The notes below the pieces were generated by a model. The model made no database searches and was not told where the DNA came from. It worked only from the letters and a program-made list of their open reading frames with translations. Of a DNA stretch of 64,000 bases, positions 37,095-47,511 are shown in pieces; within the stretch, counting starts at the first letter, position 1; each line of letters starts with the position of its first letter. The stretch is from Myxococcota bacterium (GTDB lineage Bacteria > Myxococcota_A > SURF-8). The translations under genes were made by a program, and so were the position numbers. Location: contig CAXXQS010000001.1 in the NCBI GenBank assembly GCA_963674735.2, positions 192,001 to 256,000 of the forward strand. The letters are read 5' to 3'.

Positions 37095-37790
37095 TTACCG
37101 ATACCCCGCCCCGATAAACGCCATCAGGACGTTGCTTAGACCGTGCAGAATGATGGGTGAGACCAGCGAGCCGCGCTTGACCGCCATCCAGCCGAACAGC
37201 AGTGAGGGAAAGAAGGTGGCCAGCCGGAAGGGATGCGGAATGCTGGCCAGGTGCCCGATGGCGAACAGCAGCGAGGTAAGCCACACCGCCTTGCCGAAGT
37301 CGCCGCCCAAAATGCGGAAACGCGCAGGCCAACGGCGCGTGAGGACGGTTTGCAGCCAGCCGCGATAGAAGAACTCCTCCGGCAGCGCGATGAGCAGGAT
37401 CTGCTCGAAAGCCAGGTAAGCGACGTTACGTGCGGGCCAGGCGGGGGCCAGCGTGCGGTCGAATACAACGGTTTGCCACAGGTGATTGCCTAATAAAAAC
37501 AAGGGGAAGATGATCCCCGCGACGATCAGCGCGAAGCCGATCTCGCGCGGCCAGTTTTTAAGTGTGATGCCGTAGGCGGCCAGCGGCTGGCCGTATTTCT
37601 CGCTACGCAGGACGGGAAAATACACCATGGCCGCCAGCACGACCGAGTAGGCGTATTCCTGGATTCCGGCGGGCAGCAGATGCGCGGTGCAGGCAATGGC
37701 CGCCACGACTCCGATATAGGCCCATAGCGCCTCTTTGCGCTCGCGTGCCAACCCTTCAGGATGCGTCGTCGCTTGTGTTTCCGCCGTCAC
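37095..37790 (-). CDS. CPBP-family intramembrane glutamic endopeptidase, myxosortase (MrtC/MrtX)-like
   Basis: ALPEEFFYRGWLQ, LFAIGH, RLATFFPSLLFGW and HGLSN motifs. Confidence 0.8.
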   Translation of the reverse strand: MTAETQATTHPEGLARERKEALWAYIGVVAAIACTAHLLPAGIQEYAYSVVLAAMVYFPVLRSEKYGQPLAAYGITLKNWPREIGFALIVAGIIFPLFLLGNHLWQTVVFDRTLAPAWPARNVAYLAFEQILLIALPEEFFYRGWLQTVLTRRWPARFRILGGDFGKAVWLTSLLFAIGHLASIPHPFRLATFFPSLLFGWMAVKRGSLVSPIILHGLSNVLMAFIGAGYR

Positions 37791-38592
37791 GCTCCAACCC
37801 CTCGTTCAAACTGCCGGTGCGGTAGCCCTTCATGTCCAAGGTGACATAGCGAAAGCCCTCGGCCTCGCCTGCCGCCACCACCTTAGCCCGGATGGCGTCG
37901 TCGAGCAAGCGCGGCCAGTCGTTTTCCGCCGTTTCGATGCGTAGAATGGGATCGTGATCGCGCGCGCGCACCTGGACGAAGCCCAGATCGTACAGGACAT
38001 CCTCGATGTGCTCGATGCGCCCGAGTCGTCTGCGCGTGATTGGGGTGCCGTAGGGAATGCGCGAAGCCAGGCACGCGGCGGCGGGCTTGTTCCAAGTCGG
38101 TAATCCCAAATCTTTGCTCAACTCGCGGATGTCGGCCTTGTGCAACCCGGCTTCGATAAAGGGATGCTTGACTCCCGCCTCATCGGCTGCGCGAATGCCG
38201 GGCCGATAATCGCCGAGGTCGTCCAGGTTGAGACCATCGACCACCACGCTGAGCCCCAGTCGTTTGGCTTGGGCGGTGGCCAATGCCGCGATAGCCTGTT
38301 TGCAGTGGTAGCAGCGGTCTTTGGCATTTTCGCGATAGGCGGGCAGATCGAGTTCGTTCGCAGCGGCGACGATCAACTTCAGCGAGAAACGCTCGGCCAT
38401 TTTATGTGCGTCGAGCAGGTCTCGGCGTGGCAGGGACGGCGAGTCGGCGATCATGCCCACTGCGCGATCCTTGAGGGTATCCACCGCCGCGCGGGCCAAC
38501 AGCACGCTGTCGGTTCCACCCGAAAACATCACCAGCACGCTGTCGTAGGATTTCAATATCCGGCGTAGTTTTTCGTAGCGCTCGTCGGGCAT
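37756..38592 (-). CDS. larE: ATP-dependent sulfur transferase LarE
   Basis: FSGGTDS PP-loop, RCYHCK, DDLGDYRPG, KPAAACLASRIPYG and YVTLDMKGYRTGS motifs. Confidence 0.9.
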   Translation of the reverse strand: MPDERYEKLRRILKSYDSVLVMFSGGTDSVLLARAAVDTLKDRAVGMIADSPSLPRRDLLDAHKMAERFSLKLIVAAANELDLPAYRENAKDRCYHCKQAIAALATAQAKRLGLSVVVDGLNLDDLGDYRPGIRAADEAGVKHPFIEAGLHKADIRELSKDLGLPTWNKPAAACLASRIPYGTPITRRRLGRIEHIEDVLYDLGFVQVRARDHDPILRIETAENDWPRLLDDAIRAKVVAAGEAEGFRYVTLDMKGYRTGSLNEGLERDGGNTSDDAS

Positions 38593-38595
38593 GAC

Positions 38596-39624
38596 CTACC
38601 TCTCGATGCGGTTGGGATCGAGGTCGCTTTTCATTACGGTTTCCCATTTGAAAGGCACCTGCCGGGGGGTGTCCTGATCGATCGTATAGATCTCGACGGC
38701 GGCAGGTCGGCCATCCAGCGTTACTTTCCGCTTGGCGTAGGCGCTCATCAAGCGGAAGGCGCGCCGTTGGTTGCGCGGGGTCTCGGCTCCTTCCAACAAC
38801 ACCGAGGGGCCGTTGAAGTTGACGGGTTTGTAGAGCCGCGAGTTTGCATGGATCAGTCGCCGCAGACGTTCGTTCTCGGGATCGTCGCGACCCACGACGG
38901 CCTTGGTTTCCGAATCGAAACGAAAGTGGCGGCCCATGGACAAACGGCGGAAGTCGTCCGCGCACAGTTCGTCTTGTTGGGCCTTGAAATCGCGCACACG
39001 TGCGGCATAATTCTTGTCGGTAAGCAGGCAGCCGCCGCCGCCCGATTCGATGCCGTCGAGTCCCCATTGGCGTGCCAGATCGAGTTGGCGGCCTCGTCCG
39101 CGTCCGATGATGTCGAATAAGCGGTCACGTTCGATCAGTCCCGCGCGTTCGACCTCGGTGGGTTCGAAATGCAAAGCCGACAACGGACGCAGCAGCAAGC
39201 CCTGTACCTCGGCGCGTTTTTCAATGAAATCGAGTTGTTGGCGCAACTGACTCATGGGACGCTGGCCCACCACCTCGCCGGTGACGATTACCCCTGCGCC
39301 GATTTCGAGCATGACCTGCTTGGCCAGCTTCAGCAAGTGAATACGGCAGTCGATACAGGGGTTTACACCGGAACCGACTCCATGTTTCGGGGCGTTGAGT
39401 ATGGCGACGAAGTCGGGGCCTTTTTCGACCACACGCACCTCCACTCCCAAGCGTTTGGCATTGCGGCGTGCTTTTACGACGCCGGGGCCATCCGGATCGT
39501 CGAAGGGATTGAGCGCGTGCAGCGCCAGTACCTCGAAGCCCTGATCGACCAAAATGCGAATGGCCAGGGCGCTGTCGAGGCCGGTGGATAGCAGAGCAAC
39601 GGCTTTGGGTTTCGCGGGTGACAT
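38596..39624 (-). CDS. PP-loop tRNA sulfurtransferase, ThiI/MnmA-related (THUMP-less)
   Basis: LSTGLDS, NPCIDCR, TGEVVGQRPMSQ, LLRPLSA, GGGCLLT and GRHFR motifs. Confidence 0.8.
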   Translation of the reverse strand: MSPAKPKAVALLSTGLDSALAIRILVDQGFEVLALHALNPFDDPDGPGVVKARRNAKRLGVEVRVVEKGPDFVAILNAPKHGVGSGVNPCIDCRIHLLKLAKQVMLEIGAGVIVTGEVVGQRPMSQLRQQLDFIEKRAEVQGLLLRPLSALHFEPTEVERAGLIERDRLFDIIGRGRGRQLDLARQWGLDGIESGGGGCLLTDKNYAARVRDFKAQQDELCADDFRRLSMGRHFRFDSETKAVVGRDDPENERLRRLIHANSRLYKPVNFNGPSVLLEGAETPRNQRRAFRLMSAYAKRKVTLDGRPAAVEIYTIDQDTPRQVPFKWETVMKSDLDPNRIER

Positions 39625-39859
39625 GATACTCCGTTCGGTCTGGCGATTATTTTAAAACGATTGTAAAACCGCCCGTTACGCGGCTCAGTTTAGGGAAAGG
39701 TGGCCGGTGGCGCAAGGGCTTTTCCGGTATCGATTTCATTTTGAATGAGGAATGAGGCGACCACAGAGCGGGAATTTTGAGGGAAACGGTAGGGATTCCT
39801 TGACGAAACGGGCGCGTTTAGGGTTGGATAGTGAGATAAAACAGAATGTGGAGGATCGA

Positions 39860-42796
39860 ATGAGTGGTTTTATCGTTCGGATCGCATTGAGTGGGTTGAA
39901 CGAACTTCGGTTGTTCGTTGTGCTTGGCTTGAGCTTGCTTGCTATCGGCGGCTGTACGGGAACCAGCACGAACTCCGTTGATTTCGAAGGGGATAAGGAT
40001 CGTCCGACCGACGATGGCGATTCGGATGCGATCGAGGATGAAATAGAGGATGACGGCGACAGCTCTGACGGCGACGACCCCGATGGCGACGTTCCGCCTT
40101 CTTTCGCTTGCCCCTTGCCCGATACAAGCGGCATTCCACGCGGCGAGCATCCGCGTCCCGACTTCTGTCGCCGCGAATTCGTCAATCTCAATGGACCCTG
40201 GTCGTTTGCCTTCGATCCCGATGTCACCGGTGAGGCGTTCGACTGGGGTTTCGACGTCGATGCATACACCCATGAAATACAGGTTCCTTTCTCCTGGCAA
40301 AGTACGTTGTCCGGAATTGCTGACACGGAATACCAAGGTGTGGCCTGGTACACGCGCAGCTTTGTCGTGCCGGAGAATTGGAACGGACAACGCGTGCATT
40401 TGGTGTTCGGCGCGGTGGACTGGTCGGCGCGGGTGTGGGTCAATGACCGCAGCCAAGAGTGGTCGCATGAAGGTGGCTACACGCCGTTTCGCGTCGATAT
40501 CACCGACGCGCTGATTTCCGGCGGTGAAAACCGCGTGTTTCTGCGCGTCGAAGATCCCGGTAACGATGCTGAATTTCCTCATGGCAAACAGGGCTCGCCC
40601 TGGTACACCAACTGCGGCGGTATCTGGCAGACGGTCTACCTGGAGCCCGTTCCCGATCTGCGTATCGACAATCTGCAAATCATCCAGCCCGATTCCATCG
40701 AGACCGACCCGCTGCGGCTAACGGTTAAGCTGACGGTCGGTGGCGACATCGAGCCGGATCTCGATCTGCGGGTTTATCGCGCCGACACGGGTGAACGTCT
40801 GTCCTGGTCGGATGTGGAGCAGAGCACCGAGCGTCTTACGGCAACGCTGACGGCCTTGCTGGACGTGGATACAAGCTGGATATGGAGTCCCGAGACGCCG
40901 ACGTTGGTGCCTCTGACGTTACGTGTTTGTAATTCGGGTGTGTGCGATGCCATTACCACCTATACCGGCCTGCGAACGGTGGAGGTGCGTGAGGTGGAAG
41001 GGGTTCCCAATCCGGTCATTCATGTGAACGGCGAACCGACCTACATTCGCATGCCGCTGGTGCAGGGCTACCACCCCGAAGGGTTGATGACCTATCCATC
41101 GGAGGGCGCCATCGTTAACGATCTGAGAGCGGCGCGCGATTTCGGCTTCAACGGCGTGCGTTTGCACATCAAACCCGAAGAGCCGTTGGTGCTCTATCAT
41201 GCCGATCGCCTAGGGCTGCTGGTCGATTATGACATGGTCAACCTGGGCAACTTCCCGATTGCCGCGGGCGATACGGAAACGGGTCGTGCGCGTTGGGAAT
41301 CCACCATGCGCGAACAGGTGTTGCGCGACCGCAACCATCCGTCTGTTATTTGGTGGACCCTCTTCAACGAAACCTGGGGACTCACCGACATCGTCACACC
41401 CTACGATGCCGAGCGTCAGAGTTGGGTGCTCGACCAACTGGCCAACCTGCGGGAGCTTGTGCCGGGGCAACTAGCCGAGGATATGTCCCCCACCCAAGTG
41501 GGACTCGATCACGTCGAAACCGACATTCTATCCTGGCATTTTTACCTGGGTCGTCACAATGAGGTGGTCGCGCATCTGGATGAAGTGGTGGCCGGGGCGG
41601 CTGTAGGATCGAATTATTTCTTCGTCGATGGGGTTGCCCAGGATCGCCTGCTGCCGTTGATCAACACCGAGTTCGGTCCGTTCTCATACGAACCGATCAC
41701 GCCAGGCTGGAAGCGCGATCGGGATATTTCCAATGCCTTGCGCTGGATGCTTCAGGAATTTCGCGTGCGCCCCGCCATTTCGGGTTACGTGTTCACGGAA
41801 CTCTACGACGTCGAGTTCGAACACAATGGGCTGATGGATTACGATCGGGGCGGCAAGGTCTTGGGCTATGAGGAGCTTGCCGGAGGTTGTTCGCTTGCGG
41901 CCATGCAGGGTGATGTTTATGTGGCTTTGCATAACGTTCCTTCTCTGAAAGTCGCACCCGGCGAATCCGTTAGCCTGAATCCCTGGGTTTCAAGCTATCG
42001 GCCTGAGCGTGTCGAGGAAGAACTCACGTGGCGCTTGTCCTGGCCCATGGATGCCGATAGCGAGTTGGCAAGCGGGACACAGGCTGTAAATGTAAGCTCG
42101 GCGGGACTCACTTGGCTCGATCCCATTTCCTTTGTTGCTCCTGTCGAACCGGGGGCCTATGTGGTCGCTGCAACGCTGGGCGACGCCTGTAATTATTTAC
42201 CGGTCATCGTATTGGAAGAGCGCAAGCCCGGTTGGTCCAGCCAAGGCGGGACCAGCATGGTTTACTCCATCAGCCCTGCCAATCTGTCAACCACATCCGG
42301 TGAGGAAGATACCGTGGAAATTGGTGGGGCGGTTGAAGCGGCGGGATTTCTGGGGCAGGGAATGCTGACGGCCGAGTTCAATCCTTTTGCTTCTTTTGAA
42401 AGTGTCGATTGGTCGGCCTTGGAGGTAGCCTTCGAGGCCGCCGCCAACGAGCGCGGGATGCCGCAGACGGACGCCGTCCCCTTCCCGACGACGGTTATCA
42501 TCAAGTTGAACGGCATTGAAGTGGGCCGCGAAGATCTGGCGGATGACTGGGCCGATGCACGCGGTTTGCTGAGCCACCATTTCATTCCGAGCACCGAACC
42601 CACCGGTGGATACGGCCGATGGGTGTCGTTTGTTGTAACCGGTGAAAAACTCACACAGATACAAGATGTTGCTCAAACGTCAGGGCACTTCACGTTGACC
42701 TTGGAATCGTCAGGGGAGGGCGGGTTGATCGTTTACGGACTGCGCACCGGTCGTTATGCCGTTGATCCGAACGTGACCGTACGATTTAACCCTTGA
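39860..42796 (+). CDS. Glycoside hydrolase family 2 lipoprotein
   Basis: Lipobox IGG-C, HPRPDF..NLNGPWSF, FGAVD, HEGGYTPF, RNHPSVIWW, FNE (acid/base) and TEFG (nucleophile). Confidence 0.9.
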   Translation: MSGFIVRIALSGLNELRLFVVLGLSLLAIGGCTGTSTNSVDFEGDKDRPTDDGDSDAIEDEIEDDGDSSDGDDPDGDVPPSFACPLPDTSGIPRGEHPRPDFCRREFVNLNGPWSFAFDPDVTGEAFDWGFDVDAYTHEIQVPFSWQSTLSGIADTEYQGVAWYTRSFVVPENWNGQRVHLVFGAVDWSARVWVNDRSQEWSHEGGYTPFRVDITDALISGGENRVFLRVEDPGNDAEFPHGKQGSPWYTNCGGIWQTVYLEPVPDLRIDNLQIIQPDSIETDPLRLTVKLTVGGDIEPDLDLRVYRADTGERLSWSDVEQSTERLTATLTALLDVDTSWIWSPETPTLVPLTLRVCNSGVCDAITTYTGLRTVEVREVEGVPNPVIHVNGEPTYIRMPLVQGYHPEGLMTYPSEGAIVNDLRAARDFGFNGVRLHIKPEEPLVLYHADRLGLLVDYDMVNLGNFPIAAGDTETGRARWESTMREQVLRDRNHPSVIWWTLFNETWGLTDIVTPYDAERQSWVLDQLANLRELVPGQLAEDMSPTQVGLDHVETDILSWHFYLGRHNEVVAHLDEVVAGAAVGSNYFFVDGVAQDRLLPLINTEFGPFSYEPITPGWKRDRDISNALRWMLQEFRVRPAISGYVFTELYDVEFEHNGLMDYDRGGKVLGYEELAGGCSLAAMQGDVYVALHNVPSLKVAPGESVSLNPWVSSYRPERVEEELTWRLSWPMDADSELASGTQAVNVSSAGLTWLDPISFVAPVEPGAYVVAATLGDACNYLPVIVLEERKPGWSSQGGTSMVYSISPANLSTTSGEEDTVEIGGAVEAAGFLGQGMLTAEFNPFASFESVDWSALEVAFEAAANERGMPQTDAVPFPTTVIIKLNGIEVGREDLADDWADARGLLSHHFIPSTEPTGGYGRWVSFVVTGEKLTQIQDVAQTSGHFTLTLESSGEGGLIVYGLRTGRYAVDPNVTVRFNP

Positions 42797-43634
42797 AAAA
42801 GTGACGGAAGGCGAAAAAGAAATTCTCCTTGCGTTCCATCATGCGGCGGCTGAAATAGCCCACCCAATCTGAACCGTAGGGGACATATACGCGTACGGTT
42901 TCTCCGGCGGCGGCCAGTTGCTCCTGCCGGGCGCGCCGGATGCCGTAGAGCATTTGCCACTCGTAGCTCGATGTCGGGATGTTGCGTTCTTTGATGAAGG
43001 CCATGAGCGGTTCGATCATCTTGTCATCATGGGTGGCGAGCCCCACATGCCCCCCTTCGGTGAGGATCAGCCGGGCCAGTTTGAGGTAGCTTTCATTGAC
43101 GGCTTCTTTTTGGGGGTAGGCGATCTCGCGCGGCTCTTTATATGCGCCCTTGCATAACCGGATGTTGATTTTGTCGTCGTTGAGGCGACGAACGTCGGCT
43201 TCGCTGCGGTACAGGTAGCTTTGGATGACGATGCCCACGTTGTCAAACTCGGCATGCAGGCGCTCGAAGACATCAAGCGTAACTTGGGTGACGGCCGAAC
43301 CTTCCATGTCGATGCGGACGAAGTTGTTGAGCTCTTTGGCTTTTTTTACGATGCGCGCGACATTCTCCGCACAGAAATAGGAATCGATCTCAAGTCCCAT
43401 CATCGTCAGCTTGACCGAGACGTTGCTTTGAACCCCGGTTTTGTCGATTTCATCCAGAATGCGTATATATTCATCGGCTGCAGCCGTTGCCTCTTCGCGG
43501 CTGTGGACATTTTCCCCCAAGTGATCGATGGTGGCGAGAATGCCGTTGCGGTTGAGGCGTTCGACGGCCCGCATAGCGTCGTGAACGGTCAGCCCGGCGA
43601 TGAAACGTTTGGCAAGCAATGTCAGCAATCCCAT
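42786..43634 (-). CDS. Monofunctional proline dehydrogenase
   Basis: RFIAG, DHLGE, SVKLT, IDME, RLCKGAY, ATHD, QMLYG and YVPYG motifs. Confidence 0.95.
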   Translation of the reverse strand: MGLLTLLAKRFIAGLTVHDAMRAVERLNRNGILATIDHLGENVHSREEATAAADEYIRILDEIDKTGVQSNVSVKLTMMGLEIDSYFCAENVARIVKKAKELNNFVRIDMEGSAVTQVTLDVFERLHAEFDNVGIVIQSYLYRSEADVRRLNDDKINIRLCKGAYKEPREIAYPQKEAVNESYLKLARLILTEGGHVGLATHDDKMIEPLMAFIKERNIPTSSYEWQMLYGIRRARQEQLAAAGETVRVYVPYGSDWVGYFSRRMMERKENFFFAFRHFFKG

Positions 43635-43777
43635 GGTGCATCCCCTTTGATTCGAGCATCACCAGCAGCGGGCCATTGTGGCGCAGAATATGGTATCAAA
43701 ACCGTGGTCGTTGTCAAAAAAAGTACGGAATTTAGCTGAGGTGACGACTAAATATTTCATGAGATGCGGGGAAATCC

Positions 43778-43807
43778 TTGCACAGGTGGGGCGATATTGG
43801 ATACACT
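43778..43807 (+). promoter_or_regulatory. Possible sigma70 promoter of the NAD operon
   Basis: TTGCAC-18 nt-TACACT. Confidence 0.4.
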
Positions 43808-43855
43808 AGCCATTCCGGTGAGGACTGAGCCCGGGGAGTGGCACGAGGAGTGGCG

Positions 43856-44764
43856 ATGTCGATGAAACAAATCTGCCTGGCGCAGGTGTCTTGTAAACTG
43901 GGCCGCGTAAACGAAAATTTCGAGCGGCACGTGGAAATCGTGGAACAAGCACGTCGCGACGGCGCCGATCTGCTGGTGTTCCCGGAGCTGTCTCTTTGCG
44001 GTTACCAGTTGAAAGACCTGGTTTCCGATGTCGCTCTACCGATCGAAACCGTGTTGGAAGGCTGGCAGCGTCTGGGGGCGGGGCGACCTATCGAAGTGGT
44101 CTTCGGTTACCTGGAACAGTCGCCCGGTTTTCAGTATTACAATGCCATGATGCATCTGCGCATCGATGAGAACGGCCAACCGACACTTTTGCACAATCAT
44201 CGCAAATTGAACCTTCCGACCTACGGTATGTTCGAGGAGGAGCGTTACTTCTCCGGCGGAAACCGGCTGCGAGCTTACGATAGTCCTTTGTTAGGCCGAA
44301 CGGGACTTCTGATTTGCGAGGATTTGTGGCACCCGGCCAATCCCCTGATTTTGTCGATGGACGGGCCGGGGATGGAAGGTGTTGGAACCATTATTGCCGG
44401 GTCCAATTCTCCTGCACGCGGGGTGGCCGGTGGCGATACGGAGCCTGCCAATACGCGCATCTGGAAGCTTCTGGCGCGTTTCAGCGCTCTGGCTTACAAC
44501 TGCTTGGTGATCGTCTGCCAGCGAGTGGGCGTGGAAGATGGATTCGTTTATACCGGCGGGTCCGAAGTGATCGGTCCGGGAGGGGTGGAACTGGCCAAGG
44601 CCGGGCTGTTCGATGAACAAATTCTCACCTGCCGCTTGGATCTGGAGGCTTTGATTCGGGAACGGCGCACCATGCTGCCGGGTGGAACCCAGGAAGACTA
44701 CGAACGCTTGCAACGCGAACTGAATCGCGTGGGGCGTGTTTATTTACAGGATAGCAAACGATGA
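43856..44764 (+). CDS. Nitrilase-family C-N hydrolase, probable glutaminase subunit of NAD synthetase
   Basis: E-K-C triad in [23 protein letters not shown] and ICEDLW; overlaps the nadE start. Confidence 0.88.
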   Translation: MSMKQICLAQVSCKLGRVNENFERHVEIVEQARRDGADLLVFPELSLCGYQLKDLVSDVALPIETVLEGWQRLGAGRPIEVVFGYLEQSPGFQYYNAMMHLRIDENGQPTLLHNHRKLNLPTYGMFEEERYFSGGNRLRAYDSPLLGRTGLLICEDLWHPANPLILSMDGPGMEGVGTIIAGSNSPARGVAGGDTEPANTRIWKLLARFSALAYNCLVIVCQRVGVEDGFVYTGGSEVIGPGGVELAKAGLFDEQILTCRLDLEALIRERRTMLPGGTQEDYERLQRELNRVGRVYLQDSKR

Positions 44765-45615
44765 ACATACCCAGCGAATTGCAGGTATCGCCGCCTTTGG
44801 TCGAGAAAATTCTCACCACCTTCATTGCCGATGAAGTGCGAAAGGTGGGGCTTTCGCGTGTGGTGCTGGGACTCTCGGGTGGGATCGACTCGGCCCTCTC
44901 GTGCTACCTGGCCGTGCGCGCCCTTGGAGCCGAAAATGTGGTGCCGTTGATCATGCCTTCGGCGGTATCGAGCCTGGATAGCGTTTCGGATGCGCGTGCC
45001 TGTGTGGACGCGCTCGGTATTCCACGTCACCACGAAATTTCGGTGTCGCCGCAAGTGGAAACCTACTTCGACAAACCCGAGATTCCCAAAAGCGCGGACG
45101 AGGCGGAATTCAAAAACCGGATGGGAAACAAAATGGCGCGTGAACGTATGACCATCCTCTACGACCTGTCGGTCGTGGAGCGCGCCCTGGTTCTCGGAAC
45201 CAGTAATAAAACCGAACTGCTGCTTGGCTACGGTACGTTGCATGGGGATATGGCGTCGGCCATCAACCCTATCGGCGATCTTTACAAAATGCAGGTGTTC
45301 CAAATGGCGGAATACCTGGATGTTCCGGCCACGATTGTGGCTAAACCGCCCACGGCCGATCTCTGGGCCGGGCAGACCGATGAAGGTCAACTCGGTTTTA
45401 CGTATTCGGATGTGGATCGGTTGTTATTGGAAATGGTGGATCACCGCCATACGGACTCCGAATTGATCGAAGGTGGCTTTGAGGCGGGATTTGTCGAGAG
45501 GGTACGTGGTATGATTCGCTCCTCTCAATTCAAGCGCCGGTTGCCGGTCATTGCAAAGGTAAGCGAGCGCACCATCGATAGGGATTTCAATTATGCCAGG
45601 GACTGGGGATTATAA
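44761..45615 (+). CDS. nadE: NAD+ synthetase (synthetase domain only)
   Basis: [32 protein letters not shown] and [12 protein letters not shown] motifs. Confidence 0.96.
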   Translation: MNIPSELQVSPPLVEKILTTFIADEVRKVGLSRVVLGLSGGIDSALSCYLAVRALGAENVVPLIMPSAVSSLDSVSDARACVDALGIPRHHEISVSPQVETYFDKPEIPKSADEAEFKNRMGNKMARERMTILYDLSVVERALVLGTSNKTELLLGYGTLHGDMASAINPIGDLYKMQVFQMAEYLDVPATIVAKPPTADLWAGQTDEGQLGFTYSDVDRLLLEMVDHRHTDSELIEGGFEAGFVERVRGMIRSSQFKRRLPVIAKVSERTIDRDFNYARDWGL

Positions 45616-46162
45616 ACGGCGGGTGGCGATTTATGGAGGAAGCTTCAATCCGCCCCATATCTGCCACCAGCTGACGTTGCTGTACGTGCTTGAAACCTGT
45701 CCGGTGGACGAGGTTTGGCTCGTGCCGTGTAATGAACACGCTTTTGGTAAGGATTTGGCGCCCTTCGAGCTGCGCCGCAGTTGGTGCGAAGTCCTGGTGC
45801 AGCCCTTCGGTGCACGTTGTCGTGTCAGCGATATCGAACAGCAGCTTGGGGGCGAATCTCGTAGTATCGACACCCTTGAAGTCCTGGTCGAACGTTTTCC
45901 AAACGTTACTTTTTCGCTGGTTCTCGGTTCCGATATTCGCGCCGAGCGCGAACAATGGAAACGTTTCGACGAATTGGAACGACGGTTTCCGATATTCTGG
46001 ATCGGTCGCCAGGGATTCGGCGAGGCCTTAAGTGACGGCATTTGTTTGCCCGATATCTCCAGTACGCAGATCCGGGAAGCGTTTCGCAGTGGTAAGCCAT
46101 TGGAATCCTTTATTCCTTCCCGTGTGCTGGATACCATTCGCGCGAGCGGTTATCGTTGGTGA
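45593..46162 (+). CDS. nadD: Nicotinate-nucleotide adenylyltransferase
   Basis: [16 protein letters not shown] and ISSTQIR motifs. Confidence 0.92.
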   Translation: MPGTGDYKRRVAIYGGSFNPPHICHQLTLLYVLETCPVDEVWLVPCNEHAFGKDLAPFELRRSWCEVLVQPFGARCRVSDIEQQLGGESRSIDTLEVLVERFPNVTFSLVLGSDIRAEREQWKRFDELERRFPIFWIGRQGFGEALSDGICLPDISSTQIREAFRSGKPLESFIPSRVLDTIRASGYRW

Positions 46163-46366
46163 AAACCTTCAAAAATCGATTATGTTGATGATTGTTTCAT
46201 ATCATCCAAATCAAATGGAATCGTTGCGTTGCGATTTTATCTCTGATAGATTGTTCTGAATGGTTGTAGACGCCGGCGGCGGCGTATCTGGAACCCCCAT
46301 AGCCCTGTGGCGAATGAAATGGGATTATTATCGGGTTTTAACCCGGCTTTGCATATGGAGACCAAT

Positions 46367-47398
46367 ATGAGAGTGGCCTTGTTTTTTGATGGAAAGAACT
46401 TTTATTCCGGCCTGAAGGATCAAGCTCCCTCCTCGGTGATCGATTTCAAAAAAATGTCCCAATGGCTGGTTGAACGGGTAGGCGGTTCCCATCTGTGGGG
46501 GGCTTATTACTACACGGGAGTCGAAACCGGTCAGGTACGGAATGAGGGTCAGATCAAGCTTGCCGGATTTCTGGATATGCTGGACTTGCAACCCGGATTT
46601 TTCGTCAAACGCTTCCCGCGTAAAGTACAGAGTTTCAGCTGTCATAGTTGCGGAACGATCAACCGCTACACCTTGGAAAAAGAGATCGATACGACCATGG
46701 TCGCCGATATGTTGCGACTGGCGGCCGTGGATGCTTTCGATGTTCTGGTGCTCATGTCGGGCGATGCCGACCTCACTCCGGCTGTGAGCGGTGTTCGTGC
46801 AATCGGCAAGCAGGCTTATGTGGCCACCTGGGGCAAGACGGGGTTGTCGGCGCGTATTCGCAAGGCGGCCTTCGATCACATCGAATTGCTGGATGGACTG
46901 GATAGTTTCGGTCGTAACAATAATGGCGGCCAGAGCTCGTTTGCCGGGGAATCGGTTTCGAATTATGGTGAATCGTCCGGAGGTTGGCGGCGCAGTGAGG
47001 AAAGCCACGAGTTGAAGGGGCAGAACGACGAGCACGATATGAATGTGTTTCTTGAAGAACTCAGTCGCGCTCAGCAGACCTTCTACTCGGGTTATGTCGG
47101 GATGAATTATTTCATCAAGCGTTGGCAATCGGATCAGTTTGTCGACCAGCCGGACCGTCGTCGCTATTTGTTGGATATGCTGGCGGATCAGGAGCGGGTG
47201 GAAGTCTATGATGCGCCCGACGGCAACAAGGCTATTCGTATCATCAACGCCGAATTGGACGACGAAACCGAATTGGACGACGAAGCGGAGTCGGATGACG
47301 ACGTCGAATATGACGACGATGGTATCGGGAATGTAGCCGATGCCGCTGAAGAGGATTTCGACGATGACGATCCGGATGTGCTCGACGACGAGGATTGA
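46367..47398 (+). CDS. NYN (LabA/DUF88, PIN-fold) domain protein with a Zn knuckle and acidic tail
   Basis: FFDGKNF, EKEIDTTMVAD, MSGDADLTP and CHSCG motifs; GGAG RBS. Confidence 0.88.
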   Translation: MRVALFFDGKNFYSGLKDQAPSSVIDFKKMSQWLVERVGGSHLWGAYYYTGVETGQVRNEGQIKLAGFLDMLDLQPGFFVKRFPRKVQSFSCHSCGTINRYTLEKEIDTTMVADMLRLAAVDAFDVLVLMSGDADLTPAVSGVRAIGKQAYVATWGKTGLSARIRKAAFDHIELLDGLDSFGRNNNGGQSSFAGESVSNYGESSGGWRRSEESHELKGQNDEHDMNVFLEELSRAQQTFYSGYVGMNYFIKRWQSDQFVDQPDRRRYLLDMLADQERVEVYDAPDGNKAIRIINAELDDETELDDEAESDDDVEYDDDGIGNVADAAEEDFDDDDPDVLDDED

Positions 47399-47511
47399 TG
47401 AATCATTTCAGGTCGGAGGCTTGATGTCTCCGTCCGAATTTCTGATACAAACAGTGAAATAGTGTCGATGGTATGTGGAATCATCGGTTCCGCGCAAAAA
47501 GGAGACGGAGA

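Noticed and set aside
47250-47286. 18-nt tandem duplication (ELDDET/ELDDEA) in the NYN tail
   Set aside because: It is a simple slippage duplication in a low-complexity coding region.
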